A DNA stretch of 25,360 nucleotides from Candidatus Sulfotelmatobacter sp. (GTDB lineage Bacteria; Eisenbacteria; RBG-16-71-46): NCBI GenBank assembly GCA_035498555.1, contig DATKAB010000127.1, positions 1 to 25,360 on the forward strand, read 5' to 3'. The notes under the pieces are model-generated. The model had not been told where the DNA came from. It did not search any database and saw only the letters and a list, made by a program, of their open reading frames with translations. This document shows, in pieces, positions 1 to 6,937 of this stretch. Both the position numbers and the translations under genes were made by a program. How positions within the stretch are numbered: position 1 is the stretch's first letter; each line of letters begins with the position of its first letter.

Positions 1-200
1 GGAAGCGCTGCGACGCGCGGCACGGGCTGGAGTTCGATCACGTGATTCCGGTGGCCCGCGGGGGTGAATCAACCGTGGCCAACGTGCGCCAGCTCTGCCG
101 CGCCCACAATCAGTACGTGGCCGAACGGGAATTCGGCCAGGACTTCATGAATGGCAAACGACAGGCGGCCGCCGAGGCGCGGGCCGCCGGCACGCCGTGA
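1..200 (+). CDS. HNH endonuclease, C-terminal fragment (5' end outside window)
   Basis: Frame 3 reads ...KRCDARHGLEFDHVIPVARGGESTVANVRQLCRAHNQYVAEREFGQDFMNGKRQAAAEARAAGTP* with stop TGA at 198-200. The DH..N..HN spacing with flanking Cys fits the HNH motif. Partial, so the exact family is unknown. Confidence 0.55.
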   Translation, partial: KRCDARHGLEFDHVIPVARGGESTVANVRQLCRAHNQYVAEREFGQDFMNGKRQAAAEARAAGTP

Positions 201-211
201 TCCGGCGTCGT

Positions 212-1393
212 CTAGACGCGCTCCACCAGCACCGCCATTCCCTGTCCGCCGCTGACGCAGAGCGTCGCGATGCCATAGCGGCCCTTCACGCGCTCGAGCT
301 CGTGGAGAAGCGTCACCAGGATGCGCGTGCCGCTGCAGCCGGTGGGATGGCCGAGCGCGATGCCGCCGCCATTCACGTTGAGGCGCTCGCGGTCGAAGTG
401 CAGATCCCGATCGCAGGCCAGCACCTGCGAAGCGAACGCCTCGTTCAGCTCGACGAGATCGACGTCCTCGAGCCTCAGCGATTGCTTCTCGAGAAGCTTT
501 TTCACCGCGGGCACCGGGCCGATCCCCATCCGCGCCGGATCCACGCCCACGCTCACCGCGCCGAGCATCGCGGCCTGCGCGGTCACCCCATGCCGCCGCG
601 CCGCCTCCTCGCTCATCACCAGGATCGCGGCCGCGCCGTCGGTGATCGCGGACGCATTGCCGGCGGTGATCGAGCCGGAGCTACTAAAAACCGGCCTAAG
701 CTTCGCCATCTCGTCGAGCGAGGCGTCGGCGCGAAAATGCTCGTCGCGCTCGACCGTGACCGCCCGCTTTCCCTCGCCGACCGTGATCGGCACGACTTCG
801 CGAGCGAATCGGCCCTCGTTCCACGCGCGGGCGGCGCGGCGATTGGACTCGAGCGCATAGCGATCCTGCTCCTCGCGCGAGATCCGGTATTCGATCGCCA
901 GTGTCTCGCTGGTCTCTCCCATTAATAGATTACAAAGTGGGCAGAGATAGCCGTCGCGATACATCGCGTCGAGCAGCGGCTCGTCACCCAGCTTCTTCCC
1001 CCAGCGCACGTCCATCGCCAGAAAGGGAATGCTCGACATGTGCTCGGTGCCGGCCGCCAGCACCACCTGCGAATCGCCGAGCCGCACGCTCTGCGCGGCC
1101 GACACCGCCGCCTGCAGGCCCGAGGCGCACGCCTTGTTGATCGTGAACGCCGGGACCGAGTCGGCGAGGCCCGCGCGACGCCCCACCTGCCGGGCGAGGT
1201 TGGGGCCATTTCCAGCCTGGCGCGCGTGGCCGACGATCACCTCGTCGATCGCGCCCGCGGGTACTCCGGCGCGCTCGAGCGCCGCGGCGGCCATGCGACC
1301 GCCCAGCTCGGCGGCGGAAGAACCGGCCAGCCCGCCGCCGAAGTTGCCGATTGGCGTGCGCACGCCGCCGGCGAGAACGACGCGCCCGCTCAC
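212..1393 (-). CDS. acetyl-CoA C-acetyltransferase (thiolase II)
   Basis: C-terminal 393 aa of the 622-aa track ORF 212..2080. Thiolase signatures VVLAGGVRTPIGNFGG, INKACASGLQA (active-site Cys) and NGGGIALGHPTGCSG. I trimmed the start to the GTG at 1393-1391, which gives a canonical thiolase N-terminus and overlaps the upstream gene's TGA (GTGA). The extra 229 N-terminal residues in the track ORF are low-complexity and overlap the VOC gene. Confidence 0.88.
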   Translation of the reverse strand: MSGRVVLAGGVRTPIGNFGGGLAGSSAAELGGRMAAAALERAGVPAGAIDEVIVGHARQAGNGPNLARQVGRRAGLADSVPAFTINKACASGLQAAVSAAQSVRLGDSQVVLAAGTEHMSSIPFLAMDVRWGKKLGDEPLLDAMYRDGYLCPLCNLLMGETSETLAIEYRISREEQDRYALESNRRAARAWNEGRFAREVVPITVGEGKRAVTVERDEHFRADASLDEMAKLRPVFSSSGSITAGNASAITDGAAAILVMSEEAARRHGVTAQAAMLGAVSVGVDPARMGIGPVPAVKKLLEKQSLRLEDVDLVELNEAFASQVLACDRDLHFDRERLNVNGGGIALGHPTGCSGTRILVTLLHELERVKGRYGIATLCVSGGQGMAVLVERV

Positions 1394-2535
1394 CGGCCGC
1401 GTCGCGGAGCGGCTCGCCGGCTCTTCGAGGCCGAACGCCGGGTGCGCGAAGCGTTCGCCGCAGCACGCTTCACCGGCTTGCGGCGGCTCGCGGCCGCGAC
1501 CGCGCGCTTCTTGCGCTCGAGCGTGCGCCGCTCGGCCTCGCGCAGATGTCCGGAGGCCGGGCGCAATCTCACGCGCTCGGGATCGTTGGAGCGCAGGGGC
1601 TTCCGGCGCGTTCCCGCAGGACCCTCGCCGCGAACCGTCGCGGTCTTGCGGCGCGCCTTCGCCGCACCGGCGCCGTTCGTGCCCGCCGACTTCTTCGGCT
1701 TGTACGCCGGCTTGATCGCCACGCGGCTGGTCGCGCGCGCGGCCTTGCGCGCCGGGCTGCGCATCGCGGCCTGATGCGGCGAGTCGTCCTCGTAGGACTC
1801 CGCCAGGTCTTCCGGTGCCGGAGCGTGGCGCGGGCCGCTCTCGCGGAACAGCACCACGTTTCCATCCGGATCTTCGATCTCGGCGAAGCGACCATACCGC
1901 TGCTCGACCGGCCCGCCGCTGAAATCGAGGCCGCGGCCGATCAGCTCGTGGTGCAGCTCCTCCAGGCTCGGCGCCGCCAGCCCGACTACGATCGGCTGCG
2001 CGTTGTGGCGAAGCTCGTCGGTCGCGGAGACGCGCGGATGCAGCGTGAGCCGGGTCGCGCCGGTGTCGAACTCCGTCCACCAGGTGGACTGGACGAGCGG
2101 CCTGAGTCCGAATCGATCGCGATAGAAGGTGGTGGCCGTCACCATGTCGCCCACGTTCAGGATCAGCGAATTGAGCGTGGGTCCGGCGCCGGATGGCGCG
2201 GGCGTCGAAGGCTGCAGCAGCGAGATCAGGTTGCCGTCGCCATCGAAGTAGCTGGCGGCGCGACCGAGATCGAAGTTCTCGATCTCCTCGGGGTCGAGGC
2301 CCTGCTCGTGAAGCTCGGCCAGCGCCTCCTCGAGATCTTCGGTTTCGAAGCGCCCGATGATTCCCTGGCGCTTGGGATCGTCGACCCGGCGAAGGGCGAG
2401 CGAGGCGCCGGCGGTGTCGAAGGCGATCCAGCCCCGCGAGGTGGCGCGAGCCGGAAGCCCGAGCCCGCGTTCATAGAACTCCCGCATGTCGTCGAAGCGG
2501 TCGGTGAATATCGCTACGTAAATCAGCCTGCGCAT
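1390..2535 (-). CDS. tandem VOC (glyoxalase/bleomycin-resistance/dioxygenase fold) protein with about 115-aa Lys/Arg/Ala/Pro-rich C-terminal tail
   Basis: Track ORF, 381 aa. Two VOC-like modules (MRRLIYVAIFTDRFDDMREFYERGLGL... and LNSLILNVGDMVTATTFYRDRFGL...DPDGNVVLF). They are followed by ...KAARATSRVAIKPAYKPKKSAGTNGAGAAKARRK...RRKPVKRAAANASRTRRSASKSRRAAPRRGR, a basic histone-H1/AlgP-like tail. The start lies 9 nt downstream of the ALDH stop. Confidence 0.75.
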   Translation of the reverse strand: MRRLIYVAIFTDRFDDMREFYERGLGLPARATSRGWIAFDTAGASLALRRVDDPKRQGIIGRFETEDLEEALAELHEQGLDPEEIENFDLGRAASYFDGDGNLISLLQPSTPAPSGAGPTLNSLILNVGDMVTATTFYRDRFGLRPLVQSTWWTEFDTGATRLTLHPRVSATDELRHNAQPIVVGLAAPSLEELHHELIGRGLDFSGGPVEQRYGRFAEIEDPDGNVVLFRESGPRHAPAPEDLAESYEDDSPHQAAMRSPARKAARATSRVAIKPAYKPKKSAGTNGAGAAKARRKTATVRGEGPAGTRRKPLRSNDPERVRLRPASGHLREAERRTLERKKRAVAAASRRKPVKRAAANASRTRRSASKSRRAAPRRGR

Positions 2536-2543
2536 GAAGGCAA

Positions 2544-4007
2544 TTACTCCAAATTCATCCAGACGCTCTTCACCTGCGTCACGTCGCGCAACGAGTCGGG
2601 GCCGAGATCGCGCCCGAATCCGGATTGCTTGAAACCCCCGAAAGGCATGCCGGGATCATAGAAATTGTAGAGATTCACCCACACCGTGCCGGCGTTGATC
2701 CGCCGCGCCACCTGGTGGGCCTTCTTCACGTCGCGGGTCCACACGCCGGAAGCGAGCCCGAACTCCACGTCGTTGCCCTTCTGGACCGCGTCGTCGACGT
2801 CGTCGAACGCGATCACCGCCAGCACCGGGCCGAAGATCTCCTCCTGCGCGACACGCATGGAGTTCTCGACGTGGTCGAGCACCGTTGCCTGCACGAACGC
2901 GCCCTTGCCGTTCACCGGCTGGCGCTCTCCGCCGGCGACCAGCTTCGCGCCTTCCTGGACCCCGATCTTCACGTAGTCGAGCACGCGATTCATCTGCTTC
3001 GCGCTGACCAGCGAGCCCAGCCGCGTCTTGGGGTCGAGCGGATCGGCCGGCACCAGCTTCCTCGCGCGCTCGGTCAGCTTCGCCACGAACTCGTCGCGGA
3101 TCGAGCGCTCGACCAGCACGCGGGAACCGGCGGCGCAGACTTCGCCCTTGCCGTAGAAGATGCCGGTGGTGGCGCCGCGCACCGCAGCCTCGAGATCGGC
3201 GTCGGCGAACACGATGTTGGGCGACTTGCCGCCCAGCTCGAGCGTGAGCTTCTTCACGCTCTCGGCGCCTTCCCGCATGATCAGCTTGCCGACCTCGGTC
3301 GACCCGGTGAACGAGATCTTGTCCACGCCCGCATGCCGCACCAGCGCCATGCCGACCACGCTGCCCGGACCGGGCACCACGTTGAGCACGCCCGGCGGCA
3401 GGCCGGCCTCGAGCGCCAGCTGGCCGATGCGGATCGCGGTGAGCGGCGTTTCGGCGGCCGGCTTCAGCACCACGCAGTTGCCGGCGGCCAGCGCGGGCGC
3501 GCACTTCCACCCCACCATGATCATCGGGAAGTTCCACGGAATGATCGCGCCGATCACGCCGATCGGTTCGCGCAGCGTGTAGGTGAACCAGCTCGGGCTC
3601 ACCGGAATGGTGTCACCGTAGAGCTTGGTGGCCCAGCCGGCGAAGTAGTGGAAGCAGCTCGCCACCATCGGCACGTCGATCTGGCGCGATTCGAAGATCG
3701 GCTTGCCGTTGTCGAGCGTTTCGAGCCGCGCGATCTCGTCGGCGTGCTCGAGGATCAGATCGCCGAGCTTCCACAGGATGCGCTGGCGTTCCGCCGGCCG
3801 CATGCGCGGCCAGGGTCCGCTCTCGAACGCCGCGCGGGCGGCGCGCACCGCGCGCTCGACATCCTCGATGCCGGCTTCCGCCACGGTGGTGATCACTTCC
3901 TCCGTGGCGGGATTGGTGGTGGTGAAGGTGCGGCCGGAGGCGGCGTCCACCGCTTCGCCGTTGATGATCAGTCGCGCGGGGGCCACCGGCGCGAGCGTGT
4001 CGGTCAT
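2544..4007 (-). CDS. NAD(P)-dependent aldehyde dehydrogenase
   Basis: Track ORF, 487 aa. ALDH hallmarks: ELGGKSP, catalytic Cys in GKGEVCAAGSR, and FGGFKQSGFGR. RBS GGAG sits about 8 nt upstream of the ATG at 4007. Confidence 0.93.
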   Translation of the reverse strand: MTDTLAPVAPARLIINGEAVDAASGRTFTTTNPATEEVITTVAEAGIEDVERAVRAARAAFESGPWPRMRPAERQRILWKLGDLILEHADEIARLETLDNGKPIFESRQIDVPMVASCFHYFAGWATKLYGDTIPVSPSWFTYTLREPIGVIGAIIPWNFPMIMVGWKCAPALAAGNCVVLKPAAETPLTAIRIGQLALEAGLPPGVLNVVPGPGSVVGMALVRHAGVDKISFTGSTEVGKLIMREGAESVKKLTLELGGKSPNIVFADADLEAAVRGATTGIFYGKGEVCAAGSRVLVERSIRDEFVAKLTERARKLVPADPLDPKTRLGSLVSAKQMNRVLDYVKIGVQEGAKLVAGGERQPVNGKGAFVQATVLDHVENSMRVAQEEIFGPVLAVIAFDDVDDAVQKGNDVEFGLASGVWTRDVKKAHQVARRINAGTVWVNLYNFYDPGMPFGGFKQSGFGRDLGPDSLRDVTQVKSVWMNLE

Positions 4008-4049
4008 GATTTTTTTCTCCAGAGAATCAAAGGCCTAAGACAGTCAAAC

Positions 4050-4568
4050 CTAAATCTTATTCGCGGCGCGCCAGCGCCGAATCGCGGCCGCGTGATGGCG
4101 ATCGTGCGCGTGCAGCGCTTCCATCATCCAGCCAAATGGATGCTCCGGTTGCCAGATCGTGGACGGCTCCTCGGGAACCGTGGCCAGCCGTTCCTGCAGC
4201 TCGCGGCGCGTGGCGTCGAGCAGCCCCAGCGCCTGCTCCCAACTGTGCGAGCGCAGCTCGCCGACTTCGCGCGCGTTGAGCTGCGCGTACTCCGGCGCCT
4301 CGTGGCCGCGCCAGCTCGGCTGCGCGCCGCTGATCGCCGCCTCCATCTCGCGCACCCGGGCGCGATCGCGCGCCACCAGATGGAGCACGGTCTCGCGCGC
4401 GTTCCACTTCCCCTGCCCCATCGGCCGTTCCGCGTCGCGTGGGGTGAGGCCGGCGATCGCGTCGAGCAGCTCGGCGCGCGCCGTGGCCAGCGCCGAGATC
4501 ACTCGCGCGCGCGTCCAGGGCTCGGCGGCGGGCTCACCGGCGGCGCGTGCGGCGATGTCGGACGGCAT
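4050..4568 (-). CDS. DinB-superfamily (DinB_2/YfiT-like) metal-dependent protein
   Basis: Track ORF, 172 aa. His-containing helices (HLVARD ... HAHDRHHAAAIRRW) are typical of the DinB/YfiT four-helix-bundle family. RBS GAGGAGG sits 5 nt upstream of the ATG. It is paralogous to the C-terminal domain of the next gene upstream. Confidence 0.65.
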   Translation of the reverse strand: MPSDIAARAAGEPAAEPWTRARVISALATARAELLDAIAGLTPRDAERPMGQGKWNARETVLHLVARDRARVREMEAAISGAQPSWRGHEAPEYAQLNAREVGELRSHSWEQALGLLDATRRELQERLATVPEEPSTIWQPEHPFGWMMEALHAHDRHHAAAIRRWRAANKI

Positions 4569-4582
4569 GGAAACCTCCTCGA

Positions 4583-5323
4583 TCAGGTGTGGGACGCGGT
4601 CTCGCTGGGCGTTCCGCCGGCGCGCGCCTGCTTGAGGCGCCCGGCGTGGTGACGATCGTGCTTCGAGAGAATGCGCACCAGCCAGCCGAGCGGATGTTCG
4701 GAAGTCCAGATCTCGGCCGGCTCCTCGGGCAGCGACTGAAGAGCCTCGATCAGCGCCTCGCGCGCCTGCTGCAACATCCGCTTCGCCGTTTCCCAGTCGT
4801 GTCCGGCGAGCTCGCGCTGCGACGATTCGTTCTCGGCCAGGATGTCGTCCATGGTGTGGGGCGGCCGGATCCCACGCTGATAGGTCTTTTCCACCCAGGG
4901 CAGCATCTCACGATCCCAGTAGTAGACGTGGAGCACGACCTGGCGGGGCGACCACTTGCCGTCGGCGATCGGGACCTCGGCCGAGGCGGCGGTCATGCCC
5001 TGGACGGCCGCCGAAAGCTCGACCCGTGCGCGCACCAGATCGAACAGGGCGAGATCCTTGGCGGTGGCCGTGGCGAGAGCGCCGGCGAATGGTTTCGCGG
5101 CCGGGCGCTTGCGCGCGCCCGCGCGTGCTTTCGCGGCGCGCGGCTTCGAGCGCCTCACGAGTTTGAGGGCGGGCTTCTTCTTCGGGGCGCGCTTCCCGCC
5201 CGGCCGTCTCGCAACCGGTCGCTTCGCGGCGGACTTCCTGGCCGCCGATCTCCTCGCGGCTGCTTGCTTCGAAGCGGATTTTCGGGCGGGCCGCTTCCCG
5301 GACGGCTTCTTCGCCGGGCTCAT
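4583..5323 (-). CDS. DinB-superfamily protein with about 85-aa Lys/Ala/Arg/Pro-rich N-terminal tail
   Basis: Within track ORF 4583..5647. I placed the start at the ATG at 5323, which overlaps the TGA of the upstream dehydrogenase (ATGA). N-terminus MSPAKKPSGKRPARKSASKQAAARRSAARKSAAKRPVARRPGGKRAPKKKPALKLVRRSKPRAAKARAGARKRPAAKP, then a DinB-like domain (GKWSPRQVVLHVYYWDREM ... KHDRHHAGRL). The upstream part of the track ORF overlaps the dehydrogenase gene and was discarded. Confidence 0.65.
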   Translation of the reverse strand: MSPAKKPSGKRPARKSASKQAAARRSAARKSAAKRPVARRPGGKRAPKKKPALKLVRRSKPRAAKARAGARKRPAAKPFAGALATATAKDLALFDLVRARVELSAAVQGMTAASAEVPIADGKWSPRQVVLHVYYWDREMLPWVEKTYQRGIRPPHTMDDILAENESSQRELAGHDWETAKRMLQQAREALIEALQSLPEEPAEIWTSEHPLGWLVRILSKHDRHHAGRLKQARAGGTPSETASHT

Positions 5324-6180
5324 GACGCGCCCTCGTACTCGTAGACTCCGCGGCCCACCTTGCGCCCGAGCCGGCCTGCCGCCACGTACTGCTCCATGAG
5401 CGGGCAGGGACGGAATTTCTCGCCCAGGCTCCGGTGCAGGAATCTGAGAATCGCGAGGCGCGTGTCGAGGCCCACCAGATCCACCAGCTCGAACGGCCCC
5501 ATCGGATGGTTGAGACCGAGCTTGAGAGCCTTGTCGATGTCGCGCGCCGAGGCCACGCCTTCCTGCAGCATGTAGAAGGCCTCGTTGCCGATCATGGCGT
5601 TGATGCGACTGGTCACGAACCCCGGAGACTCGCGCACCACTACGCACTCCTTCTGCATCGCCGCGCCGACTTCACAGGCGACGGCGAGGGTCTGGTCGCT
5701 GGTCTCGAGCGCGCGGACGATCTCGAGGAGCTTCATTCGCGGCACCGGATTGAAGAAGTGCATGCCGATCACGTGCCCGGGCCGGCGGGTGGCGGCGGCC
5801 ATCTCGGTGATCGAGAGCGACGAGGTGTTGGAGGCGAGGATCGCCTGCGGCGGCGCCGTGCGATCGAGCTGAGCGAACAGCTGCACCTTGAGCTCGATGT
5901 TCTCGGGCGCCGCCTCGATCACCAGATCGGCGCGACCCACCGCCTCGGCGAGTGCGCGCACCGTCTCGAGATTCTTCTGTGCGGCCGCGGCCGCCGGTCC
6001 TTCGACCTTGCCGATCGCCACGCCCTTCTCGAGATTGGCGGAGATGTCGGCCGTCGCACGCTCGAGCTGCGCTCCGTCGGGATCCTGCAGCAACGTGCGG
6101 AAGCCCCCGAGTGCCGACACGTAGGCGATGCCGCGACCCATGATGCCGGCACCCAGCACGGCGATGGTTCGCACGCTCAC
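5320..6180 (-). CDS. 3-hydroxyacyl-CoA (3-hydroxybutyryl-CoA) dehydrogenase
   Basis: C-terminal 286 aa of track ORF 5320..6363. Rossmann motif IAVLGAGIMGRGIA, then NTSSLSITE, HFFNPVP and an HBD C-terminal domain. Start set at the GTG near 6180 (VSVRTIAVLGAG); the GTG at 6174 is an alternative. The upstream in-frame extension is Pro/Arg low-complexity sequence. Confidence 0.88.
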   Translation of the reverse strand: MSVRTIAVLGAGIMGRGIAYVSALGGFRTLLQDPDGAQLERATADISANLEKGVAIGKVEGPAAAAAQKNLETVRALAEAVGRADLVIEAAPENIELKVQLFAQLDRTAPPQAILASNTSSLSITEMAAATRRPGHVIGMHFFNPVPRMKLLEIVRALETSDQTLAVACEVGAAMQKECVVVRESPGFVTSRINAMIGNEAFYMLQEGVASARDIDKALKLGLNHPMGPFELVDLVGLDTRLAILRFLHRSLGEKFRPCPLMEQYVAAGRLGRKVGRGVYEYEGAS

Positions 6181-6205
6181 CGCCCCGCCAACAACTCCGC
6201 TCGTG

Positions 6206-6793
6206 CTAGCCAAGCAGGCCGCCGTGACGCGCACCGCGCCACGCGGCCGGAAGGGCGAGCGCGGCGAGCGCGGCCTTGATCGCGTCCCCGGGCAGGAAGG
6301 GCAGCACGCCGGCGATCGCCACCTGCGACGCGGGCACGAAGCGCGAGAACCAGGAGGCGCCAAGCGCGAAGATGACCGAGCTGCCGATCAGCATGGCGAG
6401 AAACGTCGAGAGGAATCGGCGATCCCAGCCGCGCGACGCGAGCCAGCCGGTGAGTGCGGCGGCGAACGGGAAGGCGATGAGATAGCCGGCGGTCGGGCCC
6501 GCGAACACGATCGGGCCGCCGCTTAATCCGGCGAACACCGGCAGCCCGAGCGCTCCTTCCATGAGATAGAGCGCCTGCGCCAGGAATCCCCGGCGCGGGC
6601 CGAGCAGAGCGCCGCTCAACAGCACGGCAAAGGTCTGTCCCGTGATCGGAACCGGCGTCCAGGAGACGGGAATCGCGATTTGCGCGGCGAGCGCGGTGAG
6701 GATGCTCGCGACAACCACCAGCAGCGTGTTTTCGAGCGCGCCGGCTCCCGGCCACGCGACATCGGCGAGCGTGATGGTGCGAGTGCTGGACAT
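6206..6793 (-). CDS. bioY: BioY-family biotin transporter (ECF S-component)
   Basis: Within track ORF 6206..6892, start at ATG 6793 (MSSTRTITLADVAW...) with GAGG 6 nt upstream. BioY-like TM pattern: PITGQTFAVLLSGALLGPRRGFLAQALYLMEGALGLPVFAG ... GPTAGYLIAFPF. Confidence 0.8.
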   Translation of the reverse strand: MSSTRTITLADVAWPGAGALENTLLVVVASILTALAAQIAIPVSWTPVPITGQTFAVLLSGALLGPRRGFLAQALYLMEGALGLPVFAGLSGGPIVFAGPTAGYLIAFPFAAALTGWLASRGWDRRFLSTFLAMLIGSSVIFALGASWFSRFVPASQVAIAGVLPFLPGDAIKAALAALALPAAWRGARHGGLLG

Positions 6794-6881
6794 GGCAACC
6801 TCGATCGGAGAGCCCGCGGCCGGAAGCGCGTGAGCCCGAGCCGTGAGGCGGCAGGACCCATCGACAGCCGCGTGGACCGGC

Positions 6882-6930
6882 GAAACTAGCACGCGATTGC
6901 GGGTCCGGCAACCTCGCTATGCTAGGTTTC
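6882..6930. promoter_or_regulatory. imperfect inverted repeat GAAACTAGCA-N28-TGCTAG(G)TTTC in the bioY/atuA divergent intergenic region
   Basis: Read directly from the sequence. The right arm ends about 7 nt before the atuA ATG and contains its AGG Shine-Dalgarno. It is a candidate operator or an SD-sequestering RNA stem. Confidence 0.4.
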
Positions 6931-6937
6931 CGGCGCC

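Noticed and set aside
212-2080. 622-aa minus-strand ORF extending the thiolase far upstream
   Set aside because: The N-terminal 229 residues are Arg/Gly/Ala low-complexity sequence in a different frame overlapping the VOC gene. The thiolase consensus begins at the GTG at 1393.
2625-4652. 675-aa plus-strand ORF
   Set aside because: It lies antisense to the aldehyde dehydrogenase and DinB genes. It is Arg/His/Gly-rich with no domain signature, a typical spurious long ORF in high-GC DNA.
5323-5647. Upstream extension of the DinB-tail ORF (MRSGARVSG...)
   Set aside because: It overlaps the 3' end of the 3-hydroxyacyl-CoA dehydrogenase gene in another frame. The ATG at 5323 forms an ATGA coupling with that gene's stop.
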